From contig OZ025708.1 in assembly GCA_964019335.1 (NCBI GenBank), positions 62,001 to 126,000 on the forward strand: a stretch of DNA of 64,000 nucleotides. Reading direction: 5' to 3'. Shown piece by piece: positions 61,657-64,000 of the stretch. A model generated the notes under the pieces. It saw only the letters and a list, made by a program, of their open reading frames with translations. It ran no database searches and was not told the DNA's origin. The position numbers and the translations under genes were made by a program. Origin of the DNA: Diplonema japonicum. Lineage: Eukaryota; Protista; Euglenozoa: Diplonemea. Within the stretch, counting starts at the first letter, position 1. The number at the start of each line of letters is the position of its first letter.

Positions 61657-64000
61657 GTATACTATGGTGGGTGTTGTTCAAAAGAAAAAGAGAGGGGGGG
61701 GGGGGGGGGGGAACGGAAAACAGCTGAGAAAAAAAAGAGGGGAGGAGACCAGTGGGTTAAGGAAAGAAAGGGGAGAATGAGCAGCACCCAGAAGATAAAA
61801 AAAAAAAAAAAGAAGTGTTCAGGCGCGGCGAGTGTTTGTGCGAAATTGTGCAAACAAAAAAAAAAAAAAAAAAAACACACACGCACACAGACTTGACCTA
61901 TAACACAAGGGTGTACTGTGGCTCAATAATTGAAAGGGAGGAAAGGGGAGAAGTTTTTTTCTTTTTTTCCTTCTTTTTTTTTTTCTTTCGTTAAAAAAAA
62001 AAAAATCCTTTCACGTTGTAGTACATATTTTTTTCTTTCCCCCTCCCCCGTTCTTCAACAATGAGAAATAAAAAAAAGGGGGGCTGCCTTCCTCCCCCCC
62101 CCTTTTTTTTTCCTTCTTCCCTTTGATCCCCTCCCTCCTCAAGAGCTAGCTCGTGTGGGGGGAACAGAAGAAAAATATCAATTAAACGGCGACCAACTTT
62201 CTTTCTCCCAGAAATTCTTAGAAGAAATAATAAAAAAAAAAAAAAAAACGGAAAGATAAAAAAAGAATGCCAAAAGGGGGAGGGTATTTTTTTTTTTTTT
62301 TAACGATACGTATTCATGTGTGTTTGTAGGTGCAGGCTTACTGTTGGAACCTTGAGGTGGGAAAGGGAGTGTTCAAAAAAAATTTTTTTTTCTGCCAGTG
62401 TTCTTGTTCCTTTTGTGTTCTGCTGCAGTTCTCGGCTACGCCTTTGGGAAGTGGGGGGGGAAAAAAAAACTAAAAAAAAAAATAAATAAAAAGAAAAGCA
62501 AACCTTCTTTTTTTTTCTTCTTTTTGTTGATCTGCTGTTTAAAGAAGATAAAAGTAGGGCCGGGAAAAAAAAAAATATTTTTTCCCCCTCTTTTTTTTTT
62601 TTTTTTTTTTATGTCTTCCTTTTCTTTCATATTCGTGCACATTCAAGTGCACCCCCTGAGAGGGAGTATAAGGGTTTACCCGGTTAAAGAGGAAAAATTA
62701 AAATAAGCAAAAAAAAAAAGTGGACTTTAAGTTTATAAACCTAGAGTACTGCAAGGGCGACGGTTTGTAGTGTTCTTTTCTTCTTCTTCTTTTTTTTTCT
62801 CTTTTTTTTTTTTTTTTTGCGCTGATGAAGTTTTTTTTTTTTTTTTTTTTTTTGTTTTTATGACAATGGTTCCCAAGGTATTCTATAGATACTAGCGCAC
62901 AAAGGAAGAGGGAGGGGGAGGAGAAAAAGAAAAGATTTAAAAAGAAAAAAAGAAGAGAAAAAAAAAGAGGGAGGTGTTGGTTGGTTTAATAACATATATA
63001 TAGAGCAGAATCTTTTTTTTTCCCCACCTTCTTCTTTCTTCAAAAAAAAAATGCTGCCATGCCTTATATGATAACACGCACTATGAATGGGAATAGGGAC
63101 GTGGGTTGGGGCATATACTTTTTTTTTTGTTTTTGTTTGTTAATAGAATAAAAACTTTTCTTGTTGATTTTTTTTTCTTTGTTTTCTTGAACATCGATCC
63201 GGAGAGGGGGGGGGGGGCAATTTTCCCTTCTTTTTTTTTATCATCAAAAAATATAAAGGGTGCTGGGGGGTGGCAGTTTCAAGCCAGAAAAAAGAAAAAA
63301 AAGAAAAAAAAACAGTTTTGCAGGGGGTATTTTTTTCTCCCCCCCCCCCGTTTCTAAATCGCAGAAAGAGATAAAATGGGGCAGAAGGAGTATCTGCTTT
63401 CTGTTCGACAAACAAAAAAAATTGCACCTCTGCACCTCCAGAACCTCCGGAAACCGTGTTGAAGGTGGTGTTTTTCTTCTTTTTTTTTCCTTTTTTTTTC
63501 CTCTTCTATTCTTCTCTTGACTTTTTCTTTTTATTTCTTTCGCACCCCCCCTTGTTTTTTTCTTCTTTTTTTCCCCCCTGCTTCCTTTGCAATTGTAGCC
63601 TTGTTCAAACTACAAAGCTAAAGAACAAAAAAAAAAAGAACAAAAAGAAGAAAAAGGGTGGAGGATACAATAAATAGGGAAAATAAAAAAAAACGATTCT
63701 TTTGGGGAGGGGGAAAAAAATGGAGAGAGTAAAGGGAAAGGCAGTAGGTCCGGGAAGGGGGGGGGGGGATTTGGCAGATTTCTTATTTTTTCCCCCCTAG
63801 AAAAGGATGGGGGGGGGGGGAAAGAAAAGAAAAGAAAAAGAAAGAGAAAAAAAAAAAGACAATTTGGCATATAGAGTGAACGGACACATTATTTAGAGTC
63901 TTCAAATCAACCCTTTTTTTAAATTTCATTGACTTTCGTTGCCAATGTCAACCTCAACAGAAGAAAAAGAGAACCCAAGGAAAGAAAAAGAAGACTTGGA

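Noticed and set aside
61700-64000. Short Phe/Lys-rich ORFs
   Set aside because: Low-complexity homopolymer intergenic DNA

Overview
Eukaryotic protist DNA, most consistent with a euglenozoan such as a diplonemid (kinetoplastid-type TIM, intron-less genes, 2A-bearing Ingi/L1Tc-like retroposons); the taxon is inferred, not shown. Bases 1 to ~50.4 kb are head-to-tail arrays of non-LTR retrotransposons. These include three near-full-length copies and two truncated copies of family A (ORF1 + APE-RT-RNase H-CCHC ORF2), two divergent family B elements and a B fragment, 3' ends of related families (A', C, D, E), a CRE-like RLE element and an unclassified 1.24-kb insert. All three tRNA genes in the window (Cys, intron-containing Tyr, Pro) have a family A poly(A) tail only 4-7 bp upstream of tRNA +1, in the same orientation. 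Copies of these tRNA leaders (TCGTAAG, TCTATC, TATCGGGT) recur at element-element junctions. The main candidate new system is therefore a multi-family set of tRNA-5'-end-targeting, two-ORF Ingi-like LINEs that stack upstream of tRNA genes. They appear to use unusual translation control: in family A an in-frame UGA followed by a non-canonical 2A; in family B a conserved pseudoknotted IRES-like RNA plus a canonical 2A. Their 3' UTRs carry conserved RNA structures. The right-hand ~13.5 kb is host-like: a MITE/Crypton-like element, a Ubl-LRR gene with hypervariable repeats, an ankyrin pseudogene, triosephosphate isomerase and a CAP-EGF membrane protein. All alignments and RNA folds were done by eye.
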